A DNA stretch of 64,000 nt from Chloroflexota bacterium (GCA_015478725.1 JADMIG010000002.1:57254-121253), one strand, 5' to 3'. Positions 1-10,525 are shown, numbered from the stretch's first letter. A program made the numbers and translations. Notes: generated by a model not told the origin, from the letters alone.

Positions 1-625
1 CCGTCCGCCCGCCGAGGGCCGTCCGCCCGCCGAGGGCCACCACGGTCGCCGCCAGCTCGATCGCGTTCGGGACGAGGATGTCGACGAAGTCGAGGTCGGC
101 AGCCTCGAGATCGGACGCCGGAGCGGGATTGAGGATCGTCCGCGCTCCGGCCGTCCGTCCGGCGCGGAGCGCCTCGCGTACCGCAGCGGCCGGTACTTCC
201 CGGCTCACGAGGACGACATCGCCGGCGAGCGGACCGAGCCGCCGGACCGCGTCGACGACCATCGCCGGCGAGAGCCGATCGTTCGCTCCCGGGGCGACGC
301 TGATGAGGTTCTGGCCCGTCGCGTCGACGAGGATGAGCGCGACGCCGGTCGGTGCGTCCGGGATCGTGGCGAGTCGCGAGACGTCGACGTTCGCCGCGGC
401 GAGGGCGGCGCGCGCCTCGGATCCGAACGCATCGTCCCCGAGCGCACCGACGAAGAGTGTCGGCGCTCCGAGCCGGGCGGAGGCGACGGCCTGGTTGCCG
501 CCCTTGCCGCCGTGATGTCGTCCGAAGGCTCCGCCGTTGACCGTCTCGCCCGGACCGGGCAGCCGCGACCCGCGGATCACGAGGTCGACGTTGACCGAGC
601 CGACGACGACGACGCGCCCGCTCAC
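1..625 (-). CDS. Ribokinase / PfkB-family carbohydrate kinase; N-terminal ~208 aa, C-terminus lies beyond the window start. GTG start at 625
   Basis: Minus-strand translation VSGRVVVVGSVNVDLVIRGSRLPGPGETVNGGAFGRHHGGKGGNQAVASARLG... carries the PfkB GG and GGKGxNQA motifs. Starts 18 nt after the stop of the upstream SDR gene. Absent from the ORF track because it runs off the window edge. Confidence 0.7.
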   Translation of the reverse strand, partial: MSGRVVVVGSVNVDLVIRGSRLPGPGETVNGGAFGRHHGGKGGNQAVASARLGAPTLFVGALGDDAFGSEARAALAAANVDVSRLATIPDAPTGVALILVDATGQNLISVAPGANDRLSPAMVVDAVRRLGPLAGDVVLVSREVPAAAVREALRAGRTAGARTILNPAPASDLEAADLDFVDILVPNAIELAATVVALGGRTALGGRT

Positions 626-643
626 GAAGCGCTCATCGGACCG

Positions 644-1462
644 TCAGCCGGTGACGAACTCGGCGCCGTCGATGCGGATGATGTTTCCGCTGATGAACTC
701 GAGGCCGTCCGCGGAGAGCGCCGCGATCGCATTCGCGACGTCCACCGGCGTGGTGAGGCGGCCGGTCGGATTGCGAGCCAGGGCGACCCGGATGATCTCA
801 TCGTGCTCGGGGATCTTCATGAGCGCCGGCGTGATCGTAACGCCGGCCTGGATGGCGTTCGCCGTGATCCCCGTCCCGCGGCGGGCGAGCTCCATGGCGA
901 GCTGCCGGATGTGCGATTCGAGGGCCGCCTTCGCCGAGCTCACGACGCCGTAGGAAGGAACGACCCGGCTCGACCCTTCCGAGGTCATCGCGAAGATCCT
1001 GCTGCCGGCCTCGAGGAAGCCGCCGCGGACGAGATCCTGGACCCAGTAGACGAGGCTGTTCGCCATGACGTCCTGGGTCATCTCCATCTTCTTGCGGTCG
1101 ACCGCGTCCTTCGGATCGTCGGCGATGAACGGGACGAGGCTGCCGAAGGCGAGTGAGTGCATGACCGTTCGGACATACGGATGCCGCCCCTGCGCGCGAC
1201 TCCGCTCGAACCGCTCGGCGAGGGTCGCCAGGGCCGCCGCGCGCTTCTCGTCGTCGGCAGCGTTCATGTTGATGAACAACGCTTCGGATCCCGCCGCGGC
1301 GATCGCCGTCCTGATCTCCTCGACACGGCCGAGGGCGGCCCGGAAGTCGAGATGGATGCCACAGATCCGGTAGCCGGCGGCCGCCAGGGTTCGCGCCGTC
1401 GCCTCGCCCATCCCGGACGACGCTCCGAGGATGAGGGCCCAGCGCTCGCGGTCGTCGGTCAT
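644..1462 (-). CDS. SDR-family NAD(P)-dependent oxidoreductase (enoyl-ACP reductase-like)
   Basis: 272 aa with a Gly-rich N-terminal dinucleotide fold (ILGASSGMG) and a YxxxK catalytic motif (YGVVSSAK). Same operon as the downstream ribokinase. Confidence 0.8.
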   Translation of the reverse strand: MTDDRERWALILGASSGMGEATARTLAAAGYRICGIHLDFRAALGRVEEIRTAIAAAGSEALFINMNAADDEKRAAALATLAERFERSRAQGRHPYVRTVMHSLAFGSLVPFIADDPKDAVDRKKMEMTQDVMANSLVYWVQDLVRGGFLEAGSRIFAMTSEGSSRVVPSYGVVSSAKAALESHIRQLAMELARRGTGITANAIQAGVTITPALMKIPEHDEIIRVALARNPTGRLTTPVDVANAIAALSADGLEFISGNIIRIDGAEFVTG

Positions 1463-1582
1463 CCGGGTTCGCTCCTTCGGGCGCTCATCGGTGGCGGTTC
1501 GCTCGGCCGAGTCTAGCAGCGCGATCCGCCGCGGCCGCGCCGCGTTCCAGGCACGGCGGCCGCGGGACGCTCCGGGTCCCGG

Positions 1583-2830
1583 TCACACGACGCCGCGGTC
1601 GCGGAGCGCGCCGATCTCGGCCGGCTCGTAACCGAGCTCCGCGAGGATCGCGTCGGAGTGCTCGCCGAGGAGCGGCGGCGCCGTGCGGATCGAGGCGGGG
1701 GTCGCCGAGAGCTTCGTCGGCAGTCCGACCTGGCGGACGGGTCCGAGGATCGGATGGTGGACCGTGACGTCCATCGATCTGGCCTGCGCCTGTGGCATCG
1801 CGAACGCGGCCAGGATGTCGTTGATCGGCCCGCACGGGACATCGGCGGCGCCGAGGCGCTCGAGCCAGACGGCCGATGTGGCCGAAGCGAACCGCTCCGC
1901 GAGCATCGGACGGAGCTCGGTGCGGGCGGTCACGCGAGCAGCGTTCGTCGCGAATCTCGGATCGCCGGCGAGCGACGCGAGATCGAGCGCCCGGCAGAAG
2001 CGGTGCCACTGACGCTCGGAACCCACGGCCACCGCGAGGTCGCCGTCCGCCGTCGCGAACGTCTCGTACGGAACGATGTTCGGGTGCGCGTTCCCGCGCC
2101 GGCCTGGAGCGACGCCCGTCGCGAACGCGTTCTGCGCCTGATTGACGAGGATCGAGAGGGCGGCCTCGAGGATCGAGACATCGATGCGCTGGCCTCGGCC
2201 GGCCGCCGGCGAACTGGCCCGCTCCCGGCCGGCGATCGCGGCGAGGACCGCGACGGCTCCGTGGAGTCCGGTGACGAGGTCGGCGATCGCGACGCCGACC
2301 TTCGTCGGCGCACCGCCCTCGCCATCGGCGAAACCGGTGATCGACATGAGGCCCGCCTCCGCCTGGAGGACGAAGTCGTAGCCCGGTCGGCCCGCGTCCG
2401 GACCGGACGGTCCGTAACCGCTGATCGCGAGGTGGACGAGCGCCGGGTTGAGCATCTCGAGGGTGGCATCGTCGAAGCCGAGGCGGGCGAAGGCGCCGAC
2501 CCGGAAGTTCTCGACGAGCACGTCCGCCCGGCCGACGAGCCGCCGCAGGACCTCCCGCCCGTCGCCCACCGAGAGATCGAGGCGGATCGATCGCTTGTTG
2601 CGATTGACGGCGAGGTAGTACGCCGCGACGCCCGGATCGTCCGGCGCGATCCGGCCGGCACCCACCCACGGCGGTCCCCAGGAACGCGTCCCGTCCCCTT
2701 CGGGCGGCTCCACCTTGACGACATCCGCGCCAAGGTCCGCGAGGAGCATCGTGCAGTACGGCCCGGCGAGGACCGTCGAGCAATCGGCGACGAGGATGCC
2801 GGACAGCGGTCCGGACGACGAGGCGGCCAC
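1583..2830 (-). CDS. CoA-transferase family III (CaiB/BaiF-like)
   Basis: 415 aa. The N-terminal GILVADCSTVLAGPYCTMLLADLGADVVKVEPPEGD and the overall length are typical of family III CoA transferases. Confidence 0.85.
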   Translation of the reverse strand: MAASSSGPLSGILVADCSTVLAGPYCTMLLADLGADVVKVEPPEGDGTRSWGPPWVGAGRIAPDDPGVAAYYLAVNRNKRSIRLDLSVGDGREVLRRLVGRADVLVENFRVGAFARLGFDDATLEMLNPALVHLAISGYGPSGPDAGRPGYDFVLQAEAGLMSITGFADGEGGAPTKVGVAIADLVTGLHGAVAVLAAIAGRERASSPAAGRGQRIDVSILEAALSILVNQAQNAFATGVAPGRRGNAHPNIVPYETFATADGDLAVAVGSERQWHRFCRALDLASLAGDPRFATNAARVTARTELRPMLAERFASATSAVWLERLGAADVPCGPINDILAAFAMPQAQARSMDVTVHHPILGPVRQVGLPTKLSATPASIRTAPPLLGEHSDAILAELGYEPAEIGALRDRGVV

Positions 2831-2903
2831 GGACCCGATGGTATCGGGCTGGGGACCGTCGCGGACCGCCGCCGTCCGGAACCGGTCGGCCGAGAGCGAC
2901 GGC

Positions 2904-3401
2904 TCAGCCGACCTCTGCGGTCTCCTCGAGGTTGGTCACATCCGCCACCACCGCGCCGGTCGCCGCGACGAGGTCCGCCGCGGCGAGGTGCAGGTTGACG
3001 CCGCGGGCGCTGCCGCCGATCGCCACACGGGCACGACCCACGATCGAGGCGTCGGCGACGACGGGCCATCCCCCGTTCGCCCCGAAGGGCGTGATCGCTC
3101 CACGTTCGTAGCCCGTCGCCGCCTTCGCCTCTTCGGCATCCGGCAGCGAGAGTCGGCGGATGCCGAGGTGCTCGCGGAGGCGCGCCCAGTCGAAGCGGCG
3201 ACCGGCCGGAACGAGGACGAGGACGTAGTCGTTCTCGGCGCGCCGGACGACGATCGTCCGGACGAGGTCGCCGAGCGCGATGCCCTGGAGCTCGGCGCTG
3301 TCCGCGGGGTCGCGGGCGGGCCGCGTCCGCACGACCCTGAACGGGATGCCGGTCGCCGCGACCGCCTCGATCGCCGGCGTCGAGTCCGGGACCTCCGTCA
3401 T
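2904..3401 (-). CDS. YbaK/EbsC-type aminoacyl-tRNA (Cys-tRNAPro) deacylase
   Basis: 165 aa. The ITPFG and GGS motif region is consistent with the YbaK editing domain family. Confidence 0.75.
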   Translation of the reverse strand: MTEVPDSTPAIEAVAATGIPFRVVRTRPARDPADSAELQGIALGDLVRTIVVRRAENDYVLVLVPAGRRFDWARLREHLGIRRLSLPDAEEAKAATGYERGAITPFGANGGWPVVADASIVGRARVAIGGSARGVNLHLAAADLVAATGAVVADVTNLEETAEVG

Positions 3402-3483
3402 CCTGGCCCGCCGGTATCCATCGTTTCCGCAGGGTAGCGACTCCCGCCCGGCCGCGTCGAGGCCTGACGGCTACGATGCGTGG

Positions 3484-4431
3484 ATGAGCAAGTCGCGTCC
3501 ACTCACCCTCATGACCGTCCATGCCCACCCGGACGACGAAGCGATCGGCACGGGCGGCGTCATGGCCAGGGCAGTCCGCGACGGCCTTCGGGTCGTCCTC
3601 ATCACCGCGACCCGCGGCGAACAGGGCGAGATCGTCATCCCGGAGCTCGACACGCCGGCGAACCACCGGCGGCTCGGCGAGATGCGGATGGCCGAACTCG
3701 AGGCCGCGATGGGCGTCCTCGGGGTCACCGAGTGGGAGAACCTCGGATACCGGGACTCGGACATGATGGGGCGGCCCGGGAACGGCGACCCACGGACCTT
3801 CTGGCAGGCCGATCTCGACGAGGCCGTGGGACGTCTCGTGTGGTTCGTGCGGCGATACCGGCCGGATGTCATGACGACCTACAACGACTTCGGCGGCTAC
3901 GGCCACCCCGACCACATGCGCGTCCACCAGGTGAGCGTCCCGGCGTTCGATCGAGCGGGCGATCCGGCCTGGTATCCGGGCCAGCTTGCCCCCGAGTTCG
4001 GCGGGACAGGCGCGGCGACGGAGGATGGCGGCCTTGCGCCGTGGGCACCGCGCAAGCTCTACGAGCAGGCGATCCCGGCGTCCATCCGGACGGCGATGAA
4101 TGAGCGTCTCGCCGAGCTCGGACAGCGGAGCTTCTGGCTGCCGCCGGAGGACGCGACTCCCGAGCAGCAGGCGGAGTACGAGACGTTCATCGCCCGGGCC
4201 CTCGTGGCCGACGAGCAGGTGACGACGTGGGTTGACGTCTCGGGCGTCCTCGACGCGAAGTGGAACGCCCTGCGACGGCATGCGACGCAGATCAGCGAAG
4301 AGCAGGGCTTCATGGCCTTCGGACTCGACGCCTGGCGGGAGCACTGGTCGCGCGAGGCGTACGTCCTGCGCGCGTCGCGAGACGTGGACGTGTCGCTCCC
4401 CGAATCCGACCTTTTCGCGGGACTCGCCTGA
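3484..4431 (+). CDS. PIG-L/LmbE-family deacetylase, Mca/MshB-like (mycothiol conjugate amidase-like)
   Basis: HAHPDDE signature near the N-terminus, and YNDFGGYGHPDHMRVHQVSV matches the Mca/MshB zinc site. ATG at 3484 follows the convergent YbaK gene. The track ORF 3280.. is an in-frame upstream extension. Confidence 0.75.
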   Translation: MSKSRPLTLMTVHAHPDDEAIGTGGVMARAVRDGLRVVLITATRGEQGEIVIPELDTPANHRRLGEMRMAELEAAMGVLGVTEWENLGYRDSDMMGRPGNGDPRTFWQADLDEAVGRLVWFVRRYRPDVMTTYNDFGGYGHPDHMRVHQVSVPAFDRAGDPAWYPGQLAPEFGGTGAATEDGGLAPWAPRKLYEQAIPASIRTAMNERLAELGQRSFWLPPEDATPEQQAEYETFIARALVADEQVTTWVDVSGVLDAKWNALRRHATQISEEQGFMAFGLDAWREHWSREAYVLRASRDVDVSLPESDLFAGLA

Positions 4432-4442
4432 CGACGGGCCGG

Positions 4443-5438
4443 ATGACCCCAGGCGGCGATCTGCGGACGGGAGCCGCGACCCGGACCGCGACCCGCTCGC
4501 GGCTCGCGGCGCTCGGCGAGCGGCTGTTCGTCGAGCCGACCCGAGTCGGAAGCCGGTGCCTGCCGCCGCTCGGGCTGGTCGTCCTCGCCGCGATCGGCGC
4601 CTCGCTCCTCGTCATCGTCGCGTCGTCGAGGTGGGGAACCCCGACCGACGAGGCAGCGTACTGGCGTGCGGCGGTGCGACTCGTCCAAGGCACGCCCGTC
4701 TACGATCCACAGGCAGACCCGGGGACCCCCTATGCCTACTTCTACCCTCCGCCCCTCGCGCAGGTCCTTGCGCCACTGACGTTGATCATGTCCGAGTCGG
4801 TATTCACGGCCATGTGGACGGTCTTGCTCCTGCTGTGCCTGTGGTGGATCGCCGGGCGACGGCCGCTCGTGGCGCTCGCCTGCATCGCCTTCGTCCCTGT
4901 CGCGGTCGAACTCTGGTACCGGAATGTTCACCTTGTCCTGGCCGTGCTCATCCTGCTCGCGATCCGCCGATGGCCCGCGCTGTTCGCCGTCGGTGCCGCG
5001 ATCAAGCTCGCGCCAGGGCTCGGGATCGTGTACCTCGTCGCCGGGCGGCGCTGGCGGGACGCCCTGCTGACCTCCGCACTGGGACTCGCGATCCTCGTCG
5101 TGAGCGTCGCCATCTCGCCGAGCGCCTGGGCCGACTTCATCACCGTGGTAGCCGTCCGTGGTCCGACCATCGGGGCGAGCCTCGTCCCGGTGCCGTTCGT
5201 CCTCCGCGCGGTCGCCGGCCTCGCCCTCGCCGTGATCGCCGGCCTGCTCCGACCGCGGATCGGTGAGCCGCTGCTCGTGGTCGCGATCGTGATCGCCAAT
5301 CCGACGCTGTGGACGACCGTGTTCAGCCTGCTCATCGTCATCGTTCCGCTCATGACGACCGGCGCGCGGGCCACCGCGATCGGAACGAAGGAACGCCCCG
5401 TCCTGGCGGGAGGACGGGGCGTCGGGTCGAGCGGCTGA
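4443..5438 (+). CDS. Polytopic membrane protein, DUF2029/GT87-like glycosyltransferase
   Basis: ~330 aa with 8–9 hydrophobic helices, directly downstream of the PIG-L deacetylase. Start taken at MTPGG (4443) after the upstream gene ends at 4431. Confidence 0.55.
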   Translation: MTPGGDLRTGAATRTATRSRLAALGERLFVEPTRVGSRCLPPLGLVVLAAIGASLLVIVASSRWGTPTDEAAYWRAAVRLVQGTPVYDPQADPGTPYAYFYPPPLAQVLAPLTLIMSESVFTAMWTVLLLLCLWWIAGRRPLVALACIAFVPVAVELWYRNVHLVLAVLILLAIRRWPALFAVGAAIKLAPGLGIVYLVAGRRWRDALLTSALGLAILVVSVAISPSAWADFITVVAVRGPTIGASLVPVPFVLRAVAGLALAVIAGLLRPRIGEPLLVVAIVIANPTLWTTVFSLLIVIVPLMTTGARATAIGTKERPVLAGGRGVGSSG

Positions 5439-5447
5439 CCGGCGATC

Positions 5448-5524
5448 TGGCGGACCCGACCGGATTCGAACCGGCGATCTCCAGCGTGACAGGCTGGCAT
5501 GTTGGGCCGCTACACCACGGGTCC
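5448..5524 (-). tRNA. tRNA-Asp (anticodon GTC)
   Basis: Reverse complement GGACCCGTGGTGTAGCGGCCCAACATGCCAGCCTGTCACGCTGGAGATCGCCGGTTCGAATCCGGTCGGGTCCGCCA. Acceptor GGACCCG/CGGGTCC, anticodon loop CTGTCAC, T-loop GGTTCGAATCC, encoded CCA. Confidence 0.85.
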
Positions 5525-5653
5525 GGGAACGGCGGATGGGCAGGATAGCAGCTGCGACCGCTCTCGGCACCCGACACACCCCTCGGCACCCGACACACCC
5601 CGTGCGAACCTGACGAGCCGGGGGCATCCGCGAGCCCGGTATACTCGCGGCCC

Positions 5654-6766
5654 ATGCAGGCCCACGCCTCCGATCACCGCATCGACCTGCGCTCGGACAC
5701 CGTCACGAAGCCGACCCACGAGATGCGCCGGGCGATGGCCGAGGCGGAGGTCGGCGACGACGTCTTCGACGACGACCCCACGGTGCACGCCCTCCAGGAC
5801 CGTGCGGCCGAGCTCCTCGGCAAGGAGGCCGGCCTGTTCGTCGCGAGCGGCGCGATGGCCAATCTCGTCGCTCAGCTCGCCCACCTCGCCCGCGGCCAGG
5901 AGACGATCGCCGGATCGAGCAGCCACATCGTCCTCGATGAGGCGGCGGGCCATGCCGTCGTGGTCGGGACGAGCGTCCGGGCCATCGACGAGCAGCCGGA
6001 CGGGACGATCGACACGGACCGCATCCGGGAGGCCTTCCGCGACCCGCGCGACGTCCACGAACCCATCAGCGGGCTCGTCACGATCGAGAACACCCACGCC
6101 CACTCGATGGGCCAGCCGCTCTCCGCCGAGTACACCGCGGAGGTCGCCGCGATCGCCCACGAGCGGAGCGTCCCGCTCCACGTCGACGGAGCGCGATTCT
6201 GGAACGCGGTCGTCGCGCTTGGCGCCCGCCCGACCGACCTCGCTGGTCCGGCGGATACGGTGAGCTTCTGTCTCTCGAAGGGCCTCGCCTGCCCGGTGGG
6301 TTCACTCGTCGTCGGCAGCCGCGACGTCATCTGGCGGGCTCGCCGGGCTCGCAAGCTCGTCGGCGGCGGGATGCGCCAGGTCGGGATCCTCGCGGCCGCC
6401 GGCCTCGTGGCGCTGCGCGACGGTCCGGCCGGCATGATCGAGCGGCTCGCCGAGGACCATGCCAACGCGCGACGCCTCGCCGAGGGGCTCGCCGGCCTGC
6501 CGGGCATCGTCTCGCCGGGCGGCATCGCCCAGCCCACGGAGGGGCCGCTCGACCCCGAGCGGGTACGGACGAACTTTGTCATCTTTCGTGTCGAACGCAA
6601 CCGGGCCGCCTTCCTCGCGGCCCTCGCCGCGCGTGGTGTCCTCATGGTCGAATACCCGCATGGTCAGGTCCGCGCGGTCACCCACCATGGGATCGAGGCG
6701 GCCGACACCGAGACCGCGATCGCCGCGACGCGCGCGGCACTCAGCGAGACGGGAGGAACGCGATGA
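5654..6766 (+). CDS. ltaE: Low-specificity L-threonine aldolase
   Basis: 370 aa. [17 protein letters not shown] and the PLP-lysine region [14 protein letters not shown] are typical of threonine aldolases. Confidence 0.85.
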   Translation: MQAHASDHRIDLRSDTVTKPTHEMRRAMAEAEVGDDVFDDDPTVHALQDRAAELLGKEAGLFVASGAMANLVAQLAHLARGQETIAGSSSHIVLDEAAGHAVVVGTSVRAIDEQPDGTIDTDRIREAFRDPRDVHEPISGLVTIENTHAHSMGQPLSAEYTAEVAAIAHERSVPLHVDGARFWNAVVALGARPTDLAGPADTVSFCLSKGLACPVGSLVVGSRDVIWRARRARKLVGGGMRQVGILAAAGLVALRDGPAGMIERLAEDHANARRLAEGLAGLPGIVSPGGIAQPTEGPLDPERVRTNFVIFRVERNRAAFLAALAARGVLMVEYPHGQVRAVTHHGIEAADTETAIAATRAALSETGGTR

Positions 6767-8508
6767 CCGGCGCGAGTCTCGCCGACGCCCAGCTCTCGCG
6801 CCCGGCTCCGGCCGCGGTGCCGGGACCGCTCGACGATCGTCTCTACGACCTCGTCGAAGCGCGGTTCCGGCGGCTCCTCCGCGACAACCCGGTCCTCGCG
6901 ACCTACGTCGGGATCCACACGGAGGACGCCCGACTCGGCGACGTCAGCCATGACGCCACGCTCCAGGAGCTCGCCGACGAGCGCGCCCACCTCGCGGCGA
7001 TCGAGGTCCTCGACCCGGCGGGCCTGTCGCCCGAGGCGTCATTCGAGCGGGAGCTGGAGATCCACAACCTGCAGCGCGTCCTGTTCGACGGCGAACGACT
7101 CCGCTTCTGGGAGCGGCGATCGACCGCGATGGACGCGGTCGGGGAGGCCCTCTTCCTCGTCTTCGCCCGGGACTTCGCGCCGCTCCGGGAGCGCCTGGCA
7201 TCGGCGAGCGGCCGCCTGGCGGCCGTTCCCGACTTCCTCGCCTCCGCGCGTCGCCGACCGGCCATCCCCCAGGTCCGCCTCTGGCAGCGGCTCGAGATCG
7301 AGTCCGCCGGCGAGCTCCCGGCCCTCTTCGACGAGATCGTCGCGGCCGGCCGGGCGGCGGTCCTGCCGAGCCTGGACCAGGCTGCGCTCGAGCGAGCCGC
7401 GGCGGCGGCCCGGGTGGCCGTCGTGGACTACGCGGCGTGGCTGACGGCGTCGCTCGCCAGCGGCAGCGACGACTGGGCGATCGGCCGCGAGACGTACGAC
7501 GAGCTCATCGGCCTGCGGGCGTTCGACGGCCTCGACGCCGACGCGATCCTCGACATCGGCTGGCGCCAGCTCGCCGAGCAGAAGGCGGCCCGCATCGCCG
7601 CCGCCCGCGAGATCGACCCCACGGTTGATGAGGCGACCGTCGTTGAGCGCATCAAGTCGGACCACCCGGCGACTTTCGGGGAGGCCCTCGACGCGTATCG
7701 CGAGGTCATGGTCCGAGCGCGCCGGTTCCTCATCGAGCGGGACATCGTCACGGTGCCGTCGGACGAGCGGATCGCGGTCATCGAGACGCCCGACTACCTC
7801 CGCAACGTCATACCGTTCGCCGCCTACTTCGACCCACCCAAGTTCGACCGCGACCCGTCCGGCATCTATGTCGTGACCCCGTTCGTCACGGATGGACCGG
7901 GCGCGATGCGGGAGCACAACCACAGCTCGATCAGCAACACGAGCATCCACGAGGCATATCCCGGCCACCACCTCCAGCTGTCGGTGGGCGGCCGCCACCC
8001 GTCGCTGACGCGGCTCACGACCGAAGCCCCGGAGTTCGTCGAAGGCTGGGGCATGTATTCCGAGCAGATGATGCGCGAGCAGGGCTTCGACGACGCCCCG
8101 AACTTCCGCTTCAACATGCATACGGACGCGATCTGGCGGGCCTGTCGGATCATCCTCGACGTCCGGATGCACCGTGGCGAGATCGGGGTGGACGAGGCGA
8201 TCCGCTGGATGGTCGAGCAGACGAACTTCGAGGAACCGAACGCCCGGGCGGAGGTCCACCGCTACACGTACACGCCGACCTACCAGCTCTCGTACCTCCT
8301 CGGCAAGGTCCTCCTCCTCCAGCTTCGCGCGGACGAGCAGCGCAGGCTCGGGTCCGCGTTCCGCCTTCGCGAGTTCCACGACACCCTCCTCCGCAACGGA
8401 AGCCTGCCGATCAGCTTCCAGCGCCGCCTGCTTCGCGCCGCCGCGGCACGCCGGCCGCGCGCCGCGGGCGGCGGTCCCGGCACCCTCGACGTCGCCGCCA
8501 GGGGCTGA
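6763..8508 (+). CDS. DUF885-family protein (predicted metallopeptidase-like)
   Basis: 581 aa. The HEAYPGHH motif and overall architecture match DUF885. Start overlaps the ltaE stop (ATGA). Confidence 0.7.
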   Translation: MTGASLADAQLSRPAPAAVPGPLDDRLYDLVEARFRRLLRDNPVLATYVGIHTEDARLGDVSHDATLQELADERAHLAAIEVLDPAGLSPEASFERELEIHNLQRVLFDGERLRFWERRSTAMDAVGEALFLVFARDFAPLRERLASASGRLAAVPDFLASARRRPAIPQVRLWQRLEIESAGELPALFDEIVAAGRAAVLPSLDQAALERAAAAARVAVVDYAAWLTASLASGSDDWAIGRETYDELIGLRAFDGLDADAILDIGWRQLAEQKAARIAAAREIDPTVDEATVVERIKSDHPATFGEALDAYREVMVRARRFLIERDIVTVPSDERIAVIETPDYLRNVIPFAAYFDPPKFDRDPSGIYVVTPFVTDGPGAMREHNHSSISNTSIHEAYPGHHLQLSVGGRHPSLTRLTTEAPEFVEGWGMYSEQMMREQGFDDAPNFRFNMHTDAIWRACRIILDVRMHRGEIGVDEAIRWMVEQTNFEEPNARAEVHRYTYTPTYQLSYLLGKVLLLQLRADEQRRLGSAFRLREFHDTLLRNGSLPISFQRRLLRAAAARRPRAAGGGPGTLDVAARG

Positions 8509-8515
8509 CCGCCGG

Positions 8516-9214
8516 ATGCTCGTCATCCCGGCGATCGATCTCGCCGGCGGACGCTCCCGGGTCGTGTACTGGCCAGGCGCAGCCGCCGGCATCGGCGCTC
8601 CCACGGATCGACCGGAGGCCATCGTCGAGCGCTTCGTCGCTCTCGGCGCCCGGATCGTCCATCTCGTCGACGTCGACGGGGCCCGCTCGGGAGCGCCCGC
8701 CAACCTCGAGGCCGTGGGTCGGGTCGCGGCACGCACGGCCGTGCCGATCCAGCTCGCCGGCGGCCTGGAATCGGCCGATCACGTCCGCCTCGCATTCGCC
8801 GCAGGAGCGACCCGGGTCGTCCTCGCGATGAACGTCCTCGACAGCCCGGATGTGCTCGCCGAGTGTCTCGCCGTCGCCGGCGACTGGCTCGCCGTGGGGC
8901 TCGACCCGCGACCCGAGCGGCTCGCCGCGTTCCCCTGGCGGCGGCCCGCACCGCCCACCTTCGACGGACTCCTCGGCGAGCTCGCGGATCGTGGCGTGGG
9001 ACGGATCGTCCTCACGCACGGAGGCGGCCGCGACGCCGCCCGCATCGTCGGGATCGCCCGGACCCGTGCCGTCGACGTGCTCGTCGCGGGCGGGGTGGCG
9101 GACATCCCCGCTATCCTTCGGTTGCGAGATGCCGGCGTCGCCGGCGTCATCATCGGCGAAGCGCTCCTCTCGGGAGCGATCGAGCTCCCCGCCGCCCTGG
9201 AGGCCGCCGCGTGA
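8516..9214 (+). CDS. HisA/HisF-family (beta/alpha)8 barrel protein
   Basis: MLVIPAIDLAGGRSRVV... N-terminus and a GGG motif near the C-terminus. Not in a his operon here. The track ORF 8174.. is an upstream extension. Confidence 0.65.
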   Translation: MLVIPAIDLAGGRSRVVYWPGAAAGIGAPTDRPEAIVERFVALGARIVHLVDVDGARSGAPANLEAVGRVAARTAVPIQLAGGLESADHVRLAFAAGATRVVLAMNVLDSPDVLAECLAVAGDWLAVGLDPRPERLAAFPWRRPAPPTFDGLLGELADRGVGRIVLTHGGGRDAARIVGIARTRAVDVLVAGGVADIPAILRLRDAGVAGVIIGEALLSGAIELPAALEAAA

Positions 9215-9927
9215 CGTTCTTCCATCCCCGTCGATCCATCGTCGTCGCCTTCATGGCGCTCGCGATCGGTGGCTGCAGCGCCGCGAGCGCACCGACGCCT
9301 GCCTCGAGTCCGACTCCGGCCTCGAGCCCTGCCCCGGCCGCCTCGTCGGCCGCCGGGCCGAGCAGCGGATCGACGACCTGCCCAACGAGTGCCCCGCCGC
9401 ACGCGGCCGCCGGCTCGACCGCCACGGCGACGATCCAGACGCCGAAGGGGACGATCGTCGTGAAGCTCGAGGCGGATCTCGGTCCGGCGGCGGTCGCCGA
9501 CTTCATCGCCCTCGTCGAGTGCGGCTTCTACGACGGCGTCGTCTTCCACCGACTCGTGCCGGGCTTCGTCATCCAGGGCGGCGACGGCCAGTTCGGTCGG
9601 AGTCCGAACGTCGATCCGAACCAGGTCGGTGCCGGCGGCCCCGGCTACACGATCGACGACGACCCGGTCAGCGCGGCATACGGTCGGGGCGTCGTCGCGA
9701 TGGCCCGCACGCAGGCTCCGCATTCGGAGGGCTCGCAGTTCTTCATCGTCCTCGACGACGCCGCCCGACCGGCCCTCGCGAGCGCGAACACGTACGCGAT
9801 CATCGGCCACGTGACGTCCGGGATGAACGTCGTCGACGCGATCGCCGCCATGCCGAACAGCGGGACCCCGAACAACGCCGCCATCGCTCCCGTGCCGATG
9901 ACGAAGGTCACGATCACCACGCCGTAA
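9211..9927 (+). CDS. Cyclophilin-type peptidyl-prolyl isomerase, lipoprotein (signal peptide + lipobox AIGGC)
   Basis: FHRLVPGFVIQGGD and GSQFFIVL cyclophilin motifs. Pro/Ser/Ala-rich linker after the lipobox. GTG start overlaps the HisA-like stop. Confidence 0.8.
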   Translation: MTFFHPRRSIVVAFMALAIGGCSAASAPTPASSPTPASSPAPAASSAAGPSSGSTTCPTSAPPHAAAGSTATATIQTPKGTIVVKLEADLGPAAVADFIALVECGFYDGVVFHRLVPGFVIQGGDGQFGRSPNVDPNQVGAGGPGYTIDDDPVSAAYGRGVVAMARTQAPHSEGSQFFIVLDDAARPALASANTYAIIGHVTSGMNVVDAIAAMPNSGTPNNAAIAPVPMTKVTITTP

Positions 9928-9936
9928 GGAGCCTCC

Positions 9937-10428
9937 ATGACCCGAGCGACCATTGCGACCGAGATCGGCGATATCGAGGTCGACCTGTACGACCAGTCCG
10001 CCCCGAAGGCGGTCTCGAACTTCCTCGCCCTCGCCCGCAAGGGGTTCTTCGACGACGTCATCTTCCATCGCGTCATCCCGGGTTTCGTCATCCAGGGCGG
10101 CGACGGCCAGTACGGGAAGAAGTCCGCGCTCGACAGCGCCAAGGTCGGCACCGGCGGACCGGGCTACCGCTTCGATGACGAGCCGATCAAGGGTGACTAC
10201 GTCCGCGGCTCGCTCGCGATGGCGAACGCCGGACCGAACACGAATGGCTCTCAATTCTTCATCTGCACGGACGACCTCACCGGCAAGCTCCCGAAGAACT
10301 ACACCCTGTTCGGCCTCGTGACGAGGGGGATGGACGTCGTGGACCGGATCGTCGCCGCGCCCCGCAACGGTCGCGACCTGCCGAACGCGCCGGTCGCCAT
10401 GACGGCCGTGACGATCCACGAGGACTGA
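9937..10428 (+). CDS. ppiB: Cytoplasmic cyclophilin-type peptidyl-prolyl cis-trans isomerase
   Basis: 163 aa. FHRVIPGFVIQGGD and MANAGPNTNGSQFFI are cyclophilin motifs. Confidence 0.85.
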   Translation: MTRATIATEIGDIEVDLYDQSAPKAVSNFLALARKGFFDDVIFHRVIPGFVIQGGDGQYGKKSALDSAKVGTGGPGYRFDDEPIKGDYVRGSLAMANAGPNTNGSQFFICTDDLTGKLPKNYTLFGLVTRGMDVVDRIVAAPRNGRDLPNAPVAMTAVTIHED

Positions 10429-10525
10429 CCGGCCCGATCGTGGTGCATGAAGCGGCCGTCAGGGCATCGTGGGCTTTCGGGCGCGGAAGGTTAAGGAATT
10501 TACACACGCGCGCCGCACAAAACCC

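Noticed and set aside
78-515. 145-aa plus-strand ORF at the window start
   Set aside because: Opposite strand of a clear PfkB ribokinase reading frame. Ala/Ser/Arg low complexity.
1930-4344. 804-aa minus-strand ORF
   Set aside because: Antisense to the CoA-transferase, YbaK and Mca-like genes. Extreme Arg/Pro/Ser/Gly low-complexity composition is typical of out-of-frame reading in 70%-GC DNA.
7039-10419. 565-aa and 546-aa minus-strand ORFs (7039..8736, 8779..10419)
   Set aside because: Antisense to the DUF885, HisA-like and cyclophilin genes.
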